From positions 32,074,831 through 32,133,923 of the forward strand of contig NC_068990.1 of NCBI RefSeq assembly GCF_001194135.2: DNA of 59,093 nucleotides. Direction: 5' to 3'. How positions within the stretch are numbered: the first letter of the stretch is position 1; every line of letters begins with the position of its first letter. Below are positions 36,801 through 49,934 of the stretch, in pieces. A program made the position numbers and the translations under genes. The notes beneath the pieces were generated by a model that saw nothing but the letters and a program-made list of their open reading frames with translations, was not told where the DNA came from and made no database searches. This stretch comes from Octopus bimaculoides (Eukaryota).

Positions 36801-39800
36801 TTAAGCTGTATAATATTAATAAAATGTTAGGTGTGCTTAATGTGTTAAGGAAATGTACATCTATATTTCTGTGTTTTATAATGTCTGGTAGAAAGCTTCC
36901 ACGCATATTTTTTCATTTATAGGAACAAAAGTGCACCTGATTATGGCAACTGTATAGAGGTGAAAAAAACCCAACAAAATCTGATAACATACATATTTTT
37001 ATACTGGTGGTAAATGACATCGCCAAAAGATTTTTCATTCAACTTAAGTGTCGCGCGATTTGAAATAGCTGAAAGAGAGTGGATTCCATTCTATCGAGGC
37101 AAAACAAAGAGCTAATGGCTACTTAAAAGCTAAAGGAGAAAGAGAGAGAGAGTGAAATAAAACTATTGGCACATTAAAATAACTTGGCAATTTTAAAGTA
37201 CATCGTCTGCTTGAAATGATACTGTCTTAGAACTTGAAAGTTAAAATTTTGTTATAGACATATCACTTGCTACAACCTGTCTTAGTCTAGCTAGTGACTA
37301 GATCATAAATGTGTTTAAATTAAACTGCATGTGATTACTCAAAGACTTACCAGATTTCTGAGATTCACACAAAGAACTGAACACTTCATCCACTTTTGTT
37401 TCACAATCAGCTTCTGTGGTTCTATAAAATCAAAAGAAATTTCTTTATAGTCATCAGCATTTCCTTACTTTTCCTTTTTACTTCTATTTAACTTCCAATT
37501 TTCCATAAGAGCAATTAGTTATGAAAACTTAAACTCCAGCATATCACTGAAGTAATTATTAACTACTTTTGAAGAATAGTTTCTACCATTAACTATACAA
37601 TACAAAGTAGAAGTGGAACCTATATGTCAGCTAAATAGGTTGAAGCAATCTAAGTTCATGTGTTTACTGATGTATAAAATGCACTTTTTTTTTAATGATC
37701 CAAAAATTACCACATGTCTAATGTGGCCATATTTCAGAAGGGTGACTGAGCACCATAGACAAGAAAAATGGAAGTCCACTAGGTATAATAATTGTTACTA
37801 ATAGTAAAACATTGAAAATAGCCAGATTATCATAGACTGTTAACACAAACTTATGAAAAATTGCCTACAGTGCATCATAGTTATGTGGTGAGTTCCTATC
37901 ATCTCATTACACCCACTTCCTTAGCATACATAATCTACGTCTGATAAGTCTTACATTATTGAAAGACTCTGTTACCTTTAATAAACATTTTTTAGCTATC
38001 TAAATGAGAATTTCTCCCAGAAAAATGAAATGGAAGTTAAATTTTCATCTGCCTGTTAGCTATTACTAACAAGCAGATGACAACAAAATCATAGCTGTGG
38101 TGCACCACCTTGATGGTTGGTCACAGTTACACAAAATATCATAGCCAAAGAATAAGTTTTACAATCTGTATGACAATTCTCTTGATCAAAATATTAACAA
38201 CTATACTCAGTTGATGTGAAAGAAAATAAAGTTGAAATACGGTACTCTTATAATGCAAATCACTTATGATTCATAATTCCATTCTTTATTCCATTGTAAT
38301 GCCACTATATTGTATTTACATGCATAAAATCATATATTCCCTACTGCAACAAAATCACTTTAAAATATCATTAAATAAATGTATGATGAAGCATATTAAA
38401 TTTGGTTGTTTTTCCACAAAATACACATGTAAAAAAGGGGTGTGTCATATGGATAAGGTGTGTTTTATATGCTGGTAAATACAGTGCATGCCTTGTCCAT
38501 AAAGAAGTTACTAATCACAGCCCAACAGCCAATCTAGAGGATGAGGAGGATTTTTCCTCCCATTTATTTAATGTCACAGAAACTGGATATAAGTACTGGA
38601 TTCTTGTGTTTCTAAAAAAAAAAAAAAGTTTAACTTTTTAGCTAGAGACCAAATGCAACACTTCCACAAGTTGATATGAACTCCCAACCCAGAAGTTGGA
38701 AGTACTCCACCATTTTATCTTTACATCTCCACTTGATCTTAAAAATTATATCAAAAGAACTTGATTTGTCAAGATGAATTTTAGGGTTATATTTACAAAA
38801 AACAAAAAAAAAGAGATTGATTTTTAGATAATGCACTTAGAGGAGGAAGGGAAGCACTCATAACCCTTTTTAGAGTTAATGGCACTTCTCTTCCTCTGTG
38901 ACTAATGGAGGAAAGAAAGTGATCCTCAGACATAACACCCAGCCTGAACCTGCCCAGTGGATTCCACTAAAGGCACTCAAAGGTGTTCAACTAGGCAATG
39001 AATTTATTCTGTTCCCCAAGAACAAATTCTGTTTACCCAGTTTAACTCACAAGGTCTTAGTTGACCCATGGATGTGATAAAAGATACTTACCAAAGGTCT
39101 CATGGAGTGAACTCAAAACTGAAACCACATCTTAATTTAATAAAGGAAAATGAACAGAAAAACTCAACATTGGTATAAAATATTTACTTCAGTCTAAATC
39201 TCGTCACCATACTCTAGAGAATTGAATAAGATGATATTACGTACAAAAAATAAGTCTTCCCTTCGGTAATCAATTGTTTCATTCGGTAGTCTATACCTGA
39301 GTCCAGACACAATACATAACAAAAATCCTGTGAAAAACAAATGTTTAAAAGTGCCAAAAATTATGATGAATGGAACAATATTTGAAGTGTGATTTGTTGT
39401 ATTAATTGTCAATATTTTGACACATGAGGACAGTAACATAGTACAAACAATAGAACAATGGCCTAAATGACATTTACACACAATCTTTTAAATAAAAATC
39501 TTGCTAATGTTAAAATTTTACTTGTCGTTCCATTAGGCATGTTAAATAAGTAACGGACACACATGAGGGTGGAAGTATATATGGTATTGTGAAAATGTAA
39601 GAAATCCATATTCTAACATATGAAGTTGGAAGAAATAAGGGATTAAATACCTTACAGTAGTCAATTTCAATTTACCCTTTCTGAGTTCAAATCCTATAAA
39701 ATGCTTTCCAGTAATATATTCAGGTTGATTCAAATACAACTATATCGCTTCCCTTATAAAATTTAAGGCACTCTATTGTCTCTATCAACTTGCAATAATA

Positions 39801-42800
39801 CTAATAACAATAATGCATGGCTTAATGGTTAGGGTAATTAGCTCAAATTGTATGGTCATGAATTCGAATCCCAGCAGTTTTTTTGTGTCCTTTAGCAATA
39901 CACTTTATTTCATGTTGCTCAATCCACTCAGTTGGCAAAAATGAGTAGTACTAGTATTTCAAAGGGCCAGCCCTGTCACATTCTGTGTTGCATTGAATCT
40001 GCCTGAGAACTATGTTAAGGGTATGTGTATCTGTGGAGTGCCGAGCCATTTGCACGTTAATTTCACAAGTAAGTTGTTCCGTTGATCGGATCAACTGAAA
40101 CCCCCAGTGTCATAACTGACAGAGTGCCAGTTAAGTTAACAATGAGATCAACAACAATAATTGGTTCACATTTTGGCACAAGGCCAGCAATTTTGAGGGG
40201 ATGTGCTTAGTTGACATCATCAATTCTAGGACTTAAATGGTCCTTTATTTCATCAAGCTCAAATGGATGAAAGACAAAATTGACTTTGGTGGGATTTGAA
40301 CTCAGAATGTAGTTGGCTAGAAGAAATACTGCATTTCTTCTGATGATCAAACAACTCTGCCAGAACATTAATAATCCTTTCTGCTAAAAGGTAAATTAAC
40401 CTTGGTGCGATTAAGAACATAGTTGGGCAAAACTAAATACTGTAAAGTATTCAATAAAGTACTCATCATTACCTTCCTTAAAATAGAAGTGTAACCATTT
40501 ATATCATATCAGGCATAATCCGAAGGAAGAATTTTTACATCTTTTTGAAAGTAAAATATGGAAAGATCAATTCTATGTTGTTTACCTTTAATATATCAAT
40601 AAATGGTACAAAATTAGCTCGCTGAAGTCCATTTTTATAAAGATCTGTAAAAATAATGTCAAATAATGAGAAATATAGTAAAAATGATACATATTGAACA
40701 TTATAGAGACAAACAGATGTGCGCGCATGCGCACACACAAAATATACACTATACAAAGAAAAGGAAAATTAAATATATTCAGTATTATGTATTTAATGAG
40801 GGCAGGTTTGTTCTTTCAACAGGATTGTCCTTTCAGGTGTCAATGCCACACAAAAATCACCTGTGCTGGTGCTGTGTAAACACACCCATGCCAGCACTGT
40901 GTAAATGCATCTATGCTGCTACTGCATAGATGCACCTATTCTGGTGGCGTGTAAAAAGCACCCAGCACACCCTGTCAAGTGGTTGGCGTTAGGAAGGGCA
41001 TCCAGCCGTAGAAACCTTGCCACAACAGACAATTGGAGTCTGGACAACTCCCAACTGACTGGCTCCATGTCAAACCTTCCAACCCATGCCAGCATGGAAA
41101 CTAGATGTTAAACAATGATGATGATTTGTTAAAATGTTCAGAAATGAACATCAAAAAGTGATGTAGGAAGAGTAAATTAATTCATAACATGTTGAAATTC
41201 TTTTCTATTCTAGGCACAAGATGTGAAATTTTGAAGGAGGGGGCCAGTTGATTAGATCAACCAACCTCGAAAGGATGAAAAGCAAAGTCAACCTCGGCAA
41301 AATTTGAACTCAGAACATAAAAACAGATGAAATAACATGTTGAAATTCTACAAATTAATTACAGTGTTACTTAGCAGTTCTAAATATTTGATGAGGAGAA
41401 TTTTTCCAATATACAGGTTTCCAAAATTTTCTTAAAACTATAACACTGACAACCATCATAGTGTTGGTGATAAGGTATGAACCATCCACCTCTAATTAGT
41501 CATAAAACAGTTAGTCAAGCAACTGCCTGTCAACCTAGCAATTCAAATCCTAGTTTCGAATGGGTTCACATCATCCTTTATAATTAACCCTTTTGATATC
41601 AACCCACCTGAGACCACCTTTGGCTCTGTGGCATAAACATTTTGTTTTCAAGAGTTCTGAATTAAAATCTTCTGTCAGAACTCAGTGTTAAGTTATGATC
41701 CAAACACCAGTTAATAATGACTAAGTTATTTTACTAAATACTTCATTATTTTCAAAATTAATTGAGGTAAAGATAAAGTATGTCAACAAGAAATATGGTA
41801 GTAACAAAAATGTTAAACAAAAAAATATAGTAAAATAAATAAAATTGGGAGAAAATGTAAAACTCAGTTCCAATGCATTTGTTTTCTGACATACCGTCTG
41901 GATGTCGATTCGAAGTAGCAACTACAACAATTCCATTATTGAAAAGTTCAGTAAACAAACTCTTCAAGATCATAGCATCTGCAATATCAGTCACCTGAAA
42001 TTGTTAAAAATGGTTTATTTAGTATTTTATGTAATGTAGTATTTTTTTTTTTTTTTTTCTTATTGGTCTTCCTTGAGAAATGAACTACATTCCTGGTCTT
42101 CATAGGCCTTCTGAAACAGGTGAGATTGATGCCATTAATGTTTTATTGAACAGCTGCGTTTTGAGGGAAACAAGAGAAACATATGTAACAAAAGAATTCC
42201 AAAGGGTTGATCTTCTTAGGATAGGCTGGATATAGTGGTTTGTGTAGAGCCTGGGGATGGTGATGCATAATTTGGGCAATGGTAAGACAGGAGGCAAGTG
42301 AGTCAAGAATACCTGAGAGGAGAGATGAGACTAGGAACAGAGGCCACAATAGTAGCAGTAGAAAAAGCTTTTCCATCATCTCAAATCTGTCTCCTTTAAT
42401 GAACACCAGTACATCTTTTGTAAAGCCAAATCCTACTATTTTAGATAGGGACACATTAGATAATGTGCTTTTGAGTCCCCTGTACAAAGGAAAAACAGGA
42501 TGAAAATGATCACAGGATGTTGGAATGCCGAGGACTGCTTATTTAGAGATGAGCTAGGTCTAAATGACAACAGTGTTTCAGCCAGTCCACTGGAGGGCTG
42601 AAACTTCCTTGCTTTCCATTTCAAGTAGATGATGAAATTAACGAAGGCTTGGCTGAAGAGGAAAGTATTTTTCCTCTGGTCTTTCAGTCATGTTCACTAT
42701 ACAGTTTTTTTCACCAGGGCCACCAAACAGGATAAAACTGGCTGCACTTCTTGGCCAAAGACAGCAAGTTGCTTCTAATGTTGGACATGGATACAGGCAA

Positions 42801-45800
42801 GGTTGGGTGGTTAAGAAGTTCACTTCACAATCTAAACTAAGTTTAATCCCACTACATAACATCTTGGGCAAATGTCTTTTCCATAATCTCAGGTTGACCC
42901 AAGTCTCTTTGAATGAATCTAGAAGGATGGAAACTGAGCAGAAGCCAGGTGGAAGGATTGCATCCGAAATTCAAGGATCCAACCATGTCAAATTGTTGTG
43001 CTGATTCAGCTTGGGACATGGGTTTGTGGATTTACTCAGTCAATTACTCATTAATTTATTGAGCTAGACATTCAGTCGATCAAACAACTGAATACTTGCT
43101 ATTGAAGCTTCCAGCAGTTCACTGTAACATCACAAGTCACCAGTGATCAGACACTGATTACAAGCATGCAGAATGGTTCCATTGCTCTGCACACAACACA
43201 AATACACTGGACTGACAGTACTTCAATACTTGTAAGTTTATTCCAAACTGACAATGCTCTCTGTAGCACTAGCAGGGATTTCTGAAAGTTTTTTAAAGCC
43301 CTGGGCTGAATATCTTCTTCAGCAGGGAAGAGCTAATGCTTAATCCTTCCCTAAGAACATTGATGCTCTTACTCAATCAATAATCCTCTACAGCAGTGGT
43401 TCTCAACCATTTTTTTACCTATGGGTCCCTTTGATTCCTATTTTACTCTGGTAGACCTTAAAAGTCCCATTATATTTATATACTTAAATATTATAAGGAA
43501 TGGTATCAGAAAATGTTGAAATATCTTAAGCGTTGTAGAATTATAATCAATTTATTGGATATAAATTTTAACAACAAAATATTATATGGACCCCTGAGGG
43601 GCATAAGGACTCCAGCTGAGAACTACTGCATTATCTGACTGGTAGAGAACTGTGAGCACTTGACAATATTCCTGATGCCAGGCACTCAATTTTAGTCCTT
43701 GGTAATGCAGGGCTACAGCACTATTCAAGAGATGATTTATGGAGGCACATACCTGACAAAGACAGCTTTAGTGCATCATCACCCATGGCACACGAAGTTT
43801 TTTGCGTTGGCAGTAGATGGACGTTCTGACCAGAAGAACGCATTGCTTCCACAAGAAGTGAAAAAGCAGATGGTGCAGGTCAAACGAAAACTAAGGCAGA
43901 GTATGGTAGTCAGAGAACAATAAAGAGCAACTAGTCTAAAGGTAATAATAATAATAATAATGAATATTAACACAATAAGATGTCTTACTTGAAATTCATC
44001 GAAACATAAAAGCCAGGTGTTGGAGCTGATTTCTTTTGCAACAGGAGGAATTGGGTCAAATGCTTCTGATTGATTTATATTCCTCTGTTTAGGCATCTCT
44101 TTCTTCACTTTATGAATTTCTGAAATAATCAGTCAATGCATGTATATCTGAACATGTAAATGGGAGAGATGTAAGTATATATTATATCACTGTTTTAATG
44201 TTAGCATGATAGTTCTTCCTTTTTTTGTTTTCACACTTATGATATTCTTATGTCATTAGAGCTGGAGGATGTCCTATGACCCCTTCAAGTCAACTTTCAT
44301 GGTCAGCCCTCATTTTATAATATACATATTGTATTCACTCAAAATACACAATTGTACCCAATGCACTGGCTGAAGCAGTTCCTTTCTCAATATACACAAG
44401 TTTAAATTCTTCACACTTCAAACATGTTAAATATTGTCAGAGTTGCTTCAACCAACTATGAACTGTGAAAAGAGCAGCATGGTGACTATTTGGATGTTAT
44501 TTATGTTTTCTTTTTTTTGGGGTTTACTTTTACTGGTTTCATTTGTTGAACTGTGGTCATACCGGGGCATTGCCTTAAAGGTTTAGTTAATCAAATTAAC
44601 TTCCAGTACTTATTTCAGTCTGTTACTTATTATCTCTATTTCTCAAAGAGCTAAGTTCCTTTTTATGGAAAGTGTTGCAACTTGATGCACCATTTTACAT
44701 GTGTATACACACATAAGTATATGAGAGGTTTCTTCAGTCTCCATCTATTAAATTTCACTCACAAAGTTTTAGTCAATCTAAGGCTTTAGTGAAAGTCATT
44801 TACCCAAGGTAACACACAGTGGGTTTGGATCCAGGTTGTAAAGTCAACATCTCAATAACATTGCTATACATACACTTATCTAAAGAAATACAGATCACAA
44901 CTGACAATAATACTGACACAGGAGAGGAGAACAGAATTAAGTGACATTGATACTTTTCTGACAGACATTAATTACTGGAGAATGTGAGGTAAATTGAAGT
45001 CAGGGTGGCAAGCCTGATTTACTTAGAGAATTGAGTGCATTAATTATATAACTAATATTTATTTTATCAACTTCAAAAGGATGAGAGGCAAAGTCAACTT
45101 TAGCTAAGTTTGAACTCAGGATATTAAAAAGCAAACTAAATACAATAATATATTAGTCCAATATTCTACTTTTTCTGACAATTCTCCATCCTTGATGATA
45201 TTTGTTTATTTTAGATGGATTATAAAGGACCTACATTTTAAAAGAAGAAGCACAAGATAAAATAGCCATACTTTTCCCAAAGACATCAGCAACATAATAT
45301 CTTACTGCTGACATAAACAAGAAAACCATAAAAATTGACATACTTTTATGGACATCAAGCATGAATTCATGAAAGTGTACCCGGAGTTTCTTCTCAATCA
45401 CACAGTTATTGTGGAAGAGATCCATCAACATGGTCTTACCACAGCCTAAAGAATAAAAAGAGTGAAATGTACATTATCATTTATTTTTTAACAAGAAGAA
45501 CTGAAATGAGAAAAAAAAAATCCCAGGTCCTGACTGAGCAGTCTGAGATAAACAGTATTCCAGCTATGAGCACATACTATCCTTTTTGTCAAGCACAGTG
45601 CATCCAGAACTAAAAATTATTCTCTGTAAAAACAGGTTTTTTTTAAAGGCAGAAGGGTGTAATGTGAAAGAGATTTGACTGCTAATTCTAGTAAGTTGAG
45701 TAATGATGAAAAGGTTACCATACTGACCTGTGTTTAATCTGTTGATGCAACAAGTAAAGAAGGCAAAATTGTACAACAGAAATGCAGGCTCTAAACTTAC

Positions 45801-48368
45801 AACTATCAATTATCATTTTAGAAGACTCTTGACTGCAGCTAACACAACAGTCCATTTAAAAGAAATCATCATTGAAGTAAAAAGTAACACGAAAAACAAA
45901 TAAAAAAAAAAAATTCGCACCAACCTACCAACATCTCCATATAAATAAATGCCTCTGGGTGCTTTTTGGTCATTTTTTAATTTTAATATCTGCAACAAGA
46001 ATTTGAAAACATATTGAAGATTTGCAAAACCGATTAGAGAAAATATCTGAAATATCAAACAAAGAATGAAGTCTCTTTTAAAGTGAGAATAAAGGAAATT
46101 AAGTTGAGCAACAGCTAAGACTGATTAAATTATTAAGTTCATCTTTTTAATTTGAATTATTACAGAAATTTTCCTTGGTAGAAAATCACTAATCTACTGT
46201 AGATAACTTCTGTCAGTGAAGATTAAACTCACTATCACAGCAGCTACATACAGTTATGAACCAATCTGCTCTGTTTTCCATCCTACATACAGCAACCAAG
46301 TGGGATTCTTGAGAGCCAAGAGTATGGAGTATATTGCAGTACTGTTGACATCAGAGCTAGCTGTCAGTACCATATCAATTCAACTATCCATGTACTTATC
46401 CTTTGAAATACCTTTAAAAAAGATAGAGGTGATAGAAATGGTATCTTATCTAAATAAAATAAGACAAGCAGGGCAATGCATCAGTTGTCAAGAGAGCACA
46501 ATCCAATATCTCTGATACCTTATCATAAGCTCAATAATCCAGTAATGCTGCGTCTTGTCCTGATTGTGGGGCTCTGGTTCAGGAGTTCCAGGGTTTTGAT
46601 GAATGTGGAACCACCTCTTAGCCACTATTGTTCCCAGATCTACTCTGACCCAAAGTAGTACCACCTGTCAGGGTCTCAGCTATGGGTTAATAAGCATATC
46701 AGAGCTTGCCTACCTATGCATGTAAAGACTGGATCTGGCAGACTGAGCAGAAGAAACCTTCAAGTTTCAACAGAAAAGTAGGCAGCTGCCACAATGCATT
46801 GTGAAGTGCAGAGAATAAGATGAGGCTAGTAAGACATCTTGGTCATCCACTACATCCATTTCCATCCCCAGTTGTCTTAACCTGGTCTTGCCACTGGATT
46901 GAAGATGGTTACAGATGAGAGAGTGAGGGTGATGGTATGCAACACTTATTCACTTTAAACAAAGTTATGCAAGTCATCAGTTATCTTTAAAGACAACTAG
47001 ATGGGCCTTCTTGCTCTGATAGATGAACATGAATACTATGTCATACATACCGAAGCTATTATATGAATGAATACACTATAACTGAAAAGATTAATTAGAC
47101 TAAGATAATGACAAATTGAGTGCAGACATGGCTGGGTGGCTAAAAATTTAACTGCACAACTACGTTTTCAGGTTCAACCTCACTGCTATGCAACATCTTG
47201 GGCCATCTTTTATCATAACCTCAGGTTGACCTGAACCATTACAAGTGATATCTGAAAGATGGAAACTGTGTGGAAGCCTGTTGGAAGGACTATTTTTGTT
47301 TTATAGGTGCTCAATTTAACATCAATACTTGAACCTTGGATGCTTTTAGCAGAATCCACTCTGTTGCAACCATTCAGACTAAGTTTCCAGTCTGAGGATA
47401 ACTCCCTCCTATCAGTTGCAGAGGCCACGAAAAAGACTACGGGTGCTACTCTTCTGCCTCTCATTAGGCCATAAAAAATGTATTTAATAGGAAAGATTGT
47501 TACCTTTTGAAACCAAGTAGAAGTCACTGGCTTGTAGTCTTTTAAGTGGTCATGCAGTGATTGTAAGTTTCCAATAACGCTAATTTGGTGATCATCAGCT
47601 TTCAATTGTCCATATTTGCATCGATCATAGTAGGTATCCAGTAAAGGTGAGTTCTGTTTAGTGGAATTACATCTTGTCAGACAGTAGAAAACTTTCTTTG
47701 CTAAGATAAAATGATACAGAAAGATAAGTATATATAAGTACATAATACTAGGTATGGATATCACTAGAAGAGCGGAAATACATGCATAGAGTAGATATTA
47801 TCATTATTATTATTATTATTATTATTATTGAGTGAGAGAGCTACACATGCCATTAAAGTGATGCTGGTGTACAAATATATGAAGCCCAATATACCCATTA
47901 TGACTACATGTCTGATAAAAATACACTAGGCTCATGTATCACAACTATATGTGCACAACATGATGTCATATCAAGATAAACAGAGAATGACCTTGCAGGA
48001 GGGGCCCAGTGAGAATTTTCTTCAAGTCAAGTAGCTCATCTTGCTCAAAAGGTACCTGAATAAGGGTCATTTGAGGATGATGAAAGAAACATCACTGTTT
48101 CCAGAGGTGAGTTATTCAAACCCCAAAGAATTCCTCTCAACACATAGCTATAATGATCCCCAACTATTCTTGCTCATGATCTGAGATGCATATATCATCA
48201 GCCAAATAAGGGACATACTAAATGGTTAAGATCAAGCAACTGACAAGCAAATTTGCAATATTGAACAGACATTATTACTACCATTTTTCTCCCAAAAAAT
48301 TGAAAGTGCAGCTCCTCTCAATGAATGACCAGTTTTATTCCTGTTGGGAATCTTTCTCTCCTTGTCTG

Positions 48369-48436
<68 letters not shown>

Positions 48437-49934
48437 TAGATAGATAGATAGATAGAGGGATATATGGATAGATAGATTTACAGAAAGTTAATTATATGGC
48501 CGAGCATAGTGACCAATGGTTTCACATCCATAAAGCGCTCAGCCTTATAGACGACTTATCAGACACCAGTTATATGTCTGCAGCCACTGGAGTCTGACGG
48601 GTCGTTAATAAGGCTAAGCGCTTTATGGATGCGAAACCATTGGTCACTCTATGACCAGACATACAACTTTAATACATCACTGCTCTAACGTTTAGAGTCA
48701 TCATCTTCATCATTGTGCTTCTTTTTCAGATATATGATCCACTGACGTTCTATATATACATATAATAATTTAAGTACCAAACTTTAAGAAAAAATAAATA
48801 CTGGAGTTGATTTGTTTGGCTGAAATTCTTCGAGCCAATGCCCCAGCAGGGCCATAGTCTAATGACGCATAAAAGATAAAATGAATTATTTGGGAAGTTC
48901 ATTCGTAATAACGATATAGTTTATCCTCTTTCCTACCTAGGAGATTACACGTGGCCAAGTTGCAAGGATGCCGGTGCCCTCCTTCTTGGCTGAAGTAAAC
49001 ATAAATCGACCCAACTTGGTTACGAATTGATGTTTTTATTTACTTTCTTTCTTTCTTCGCTCATGTTTGTGTTTTCTTCGGTTTGGGATTTGTATTTTAA
49101 TGTGGTTTTGTATCACTTATGTATTATATCCATACGTGTTATATATGTAATAACATTAATCCAATATATATTATAAACTCGGGTATTAATTTGATCAACT
49201 TGCAATGTCGAGATCAAATCCAACCATTAATTAATACCAGGTATATTCCGTTGTTGAATCACAATATACACAGAAAATCTTTCAGAAATTTTTTTTCCCA
49301 TTCCAACACCTTGTTGAAACCAATTGTATTTACATGTCACTATATTCAGGTACAACGTAAACTTAAACAATGCGTCATGTACTGGTAATATACAAAGGTT
49401 CGAGTATTTTGTCCATTCCTTATTCATACAAAGTCGAAATGAAAAGACCTTGTACATCACTATTACGTAACTTTTTAAAGAAATACAACAGAAATAATAA
49501 TAATAGTACTAGTAGTAATAAAGCAGACGTAGTAGTAGTAGTAATAATAAAAATAACAATCCTTTCTACTAGGGCACAAAGCCTGTAATTTGAAGGGAGG
49601 GGCAAGTCAATTACATCGCTCCAGTGCTCGACTGGTACTTATTTCATCGATCCCGATAGAATGAACGGAAAAGTCTTATTAACAATAATAAAATCGTAAA
49701 TACAACCGACAAATCAACAAGCAATTTAAAGTAAACAAGAAATGATTACTAACAATTTTATCAGTGAAGTCCGAACCTAGGAAAGAAAATAAATTAGATA
49801 ACTTCCAAGATGCTTGTGTCAACTGATAAATACAGAAAAGGAAAGATCAATCTACCTTGTGGCGTGAGTACCACACCTATGTGAGGTCTCCGAAAAAGAG
49901 TCCAATACAAGTGATGGATCGGTGACATGGTCAT
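30742..49934 (-). CDS. AFG1L: AFG1-like ATPase (LACE1/AFG1/ZapE family mitochondrial AAA+ ATPase), 13 coding exons, about 457 aa
   Basis: Hand-spliced exons give Walker [26 protein letters not shown], Walker [65 protein letters not shown] and [20 protein letters not shown], all family hallmarks. All introns are GT-AG and phases agree; exon lengths sum to 1374 nt. Confidence 0.96.
32451..32657 (-). mobile_element. RTE LINE 3'UTR copy in AFG1L intron 12
   Basis: Near-identical to the copies at 10955 and 56508. Confidence 0.88.
32783..32899 (-). CDS. AFG1L: AFG1L exon 12 ([28 protein letters not shown])
   Basis: caatttcag| and TCG|gtgagt; 117 nt; LMDDLG motif. Confidence 0.93.
34446..34586 (-). 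CDS. AFG1L: AFG1L exon 11 ([47 protein letters not shown])
   Basis: ttgtttcag| and CAA|gtaagt; 141 nt. Confidence 0.96.
34877..35125 (-). mobile_element. RTE LINE 3'UTR copy in AFG1L intron 10
   Basis: (CAT)n tail plus ctacagctggatgcccttcctaacaccaaccac core. Confidence 0.8.
35638..35738 (-). CDS. AFG1L: AFG1L exon 10 ([34 protein letters not shown])
   Basis: ttatttccag| and GAA|gtaagc; 101 nt; PR.LK..GR.L motif. Confidence 0.93.
37351..37421 (-). CDS. AFG1L: AFG1L exon 9 ([23 protein letters not shown])
   Basis: gattttatag| and G|gtaagt; 71 nt; phases 2/1 fit both neighbours. Confidence 0.9.
39245..39327 (-). CDS. AFG1L: AFG1L exon 8 ([27 protein letters not shown])
   Basis: tttttcacag| and TT|gtacgt; 83 nt; LDSGIDYR motif. 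This frame is not in the supplied ORF track. Confidence 0.93.
39820..40135 (+). mobile_element. SINE family D copy in AFG1L intron 7
   Basis: Collinear with 20706-21027. Confidence 0.82.
40586..40644 (-). CDS. AFG1L: AFG1L exon 7 ([20 protein letters not shown])
   Basis: tttttacag| and AAG|gtaaac; 59 nt. Confidence 0.96.
40850..41125 (+). mobile_element. RTE LINE 3'UTR copy in AFG1L intron 6
   Basis: gtggttggcgttaggaagggcatccagccgtagaaa core and (GAT)n tail. Confidence 0.8.
41895..41994 (-). CDS. AFG1L: AFG1L exon 6 ([33 protein letters not shown])
   Basis: aatttcag| and G|gtatgt; 100 nt. Confidence 0.96.
43394..43628. mobile_element. hAT-type non-autonomous element
   Basis: Termini cagtggttctcaacc and gctgagaactactg are imperfect TIRs; left flank ctctacag resembles the NTCTAGAN target; right target-site duplication not matched. 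Confidence 0.6.
43989..44119 (-). CDS. AFG1L: AFG1L exon 5 ([34 protein letters not shown])
   Basis: tatttcag| and CAA|gtaaga; 131 nt; Walker B. Confidence 0.96.
45344..45445 (-). CDS. AFG1L: AFG1L exon 4 ([33 protein letters not shown])
   Basis: attctttag| and A|gtatgt; 102 nt; completes Walker A. Confidence 0.96.
45929..45989 (-). CDS. AFG1L: AFG1L exon 3 ([21 protein letters not shown])
   Basis: ttgttgcag| and G|gtaggt; 61 nt; start of Walker A. Confidence 0.95.
47504..47700 (-). CDS. AFG1L: AFG1L exon 2 (..[58 protein letters not shown])
   Basis: Acceptor ttttatcttag|CA and donor AAG|gtaaca. The [11 protein letters not shown]...[11 protein letters not shown] pattern matches the AFG1 N-terminal helix. 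The 5' boundary could instead be 47763. Confidence 0.85.
48508..48648. repeat. Inverted repeat with 63-bp arms (55/63 matched) and a 15-nt loop; MITE-derived
   Basis: Hand alignment of 48508-48570 against the reverse complement of 48586-48648; related to 15264-15558. Confidence 0.9.

Noticed and set aside
39194-39481. Track ORF containing IDYRRE as AFG1L exon 8
   Set aside because: Coincidental; the true exon is in another frame (LDSGIDYR) with proper splice sites.
49227-49460. [13 protein letters not shown].. as AFG1L exon 1
   Set aside because: Its phase-1 donors are weak (gtgttg, gtatta) and it is AT-rich; 49856-49934 fits better. Not fully excluded.
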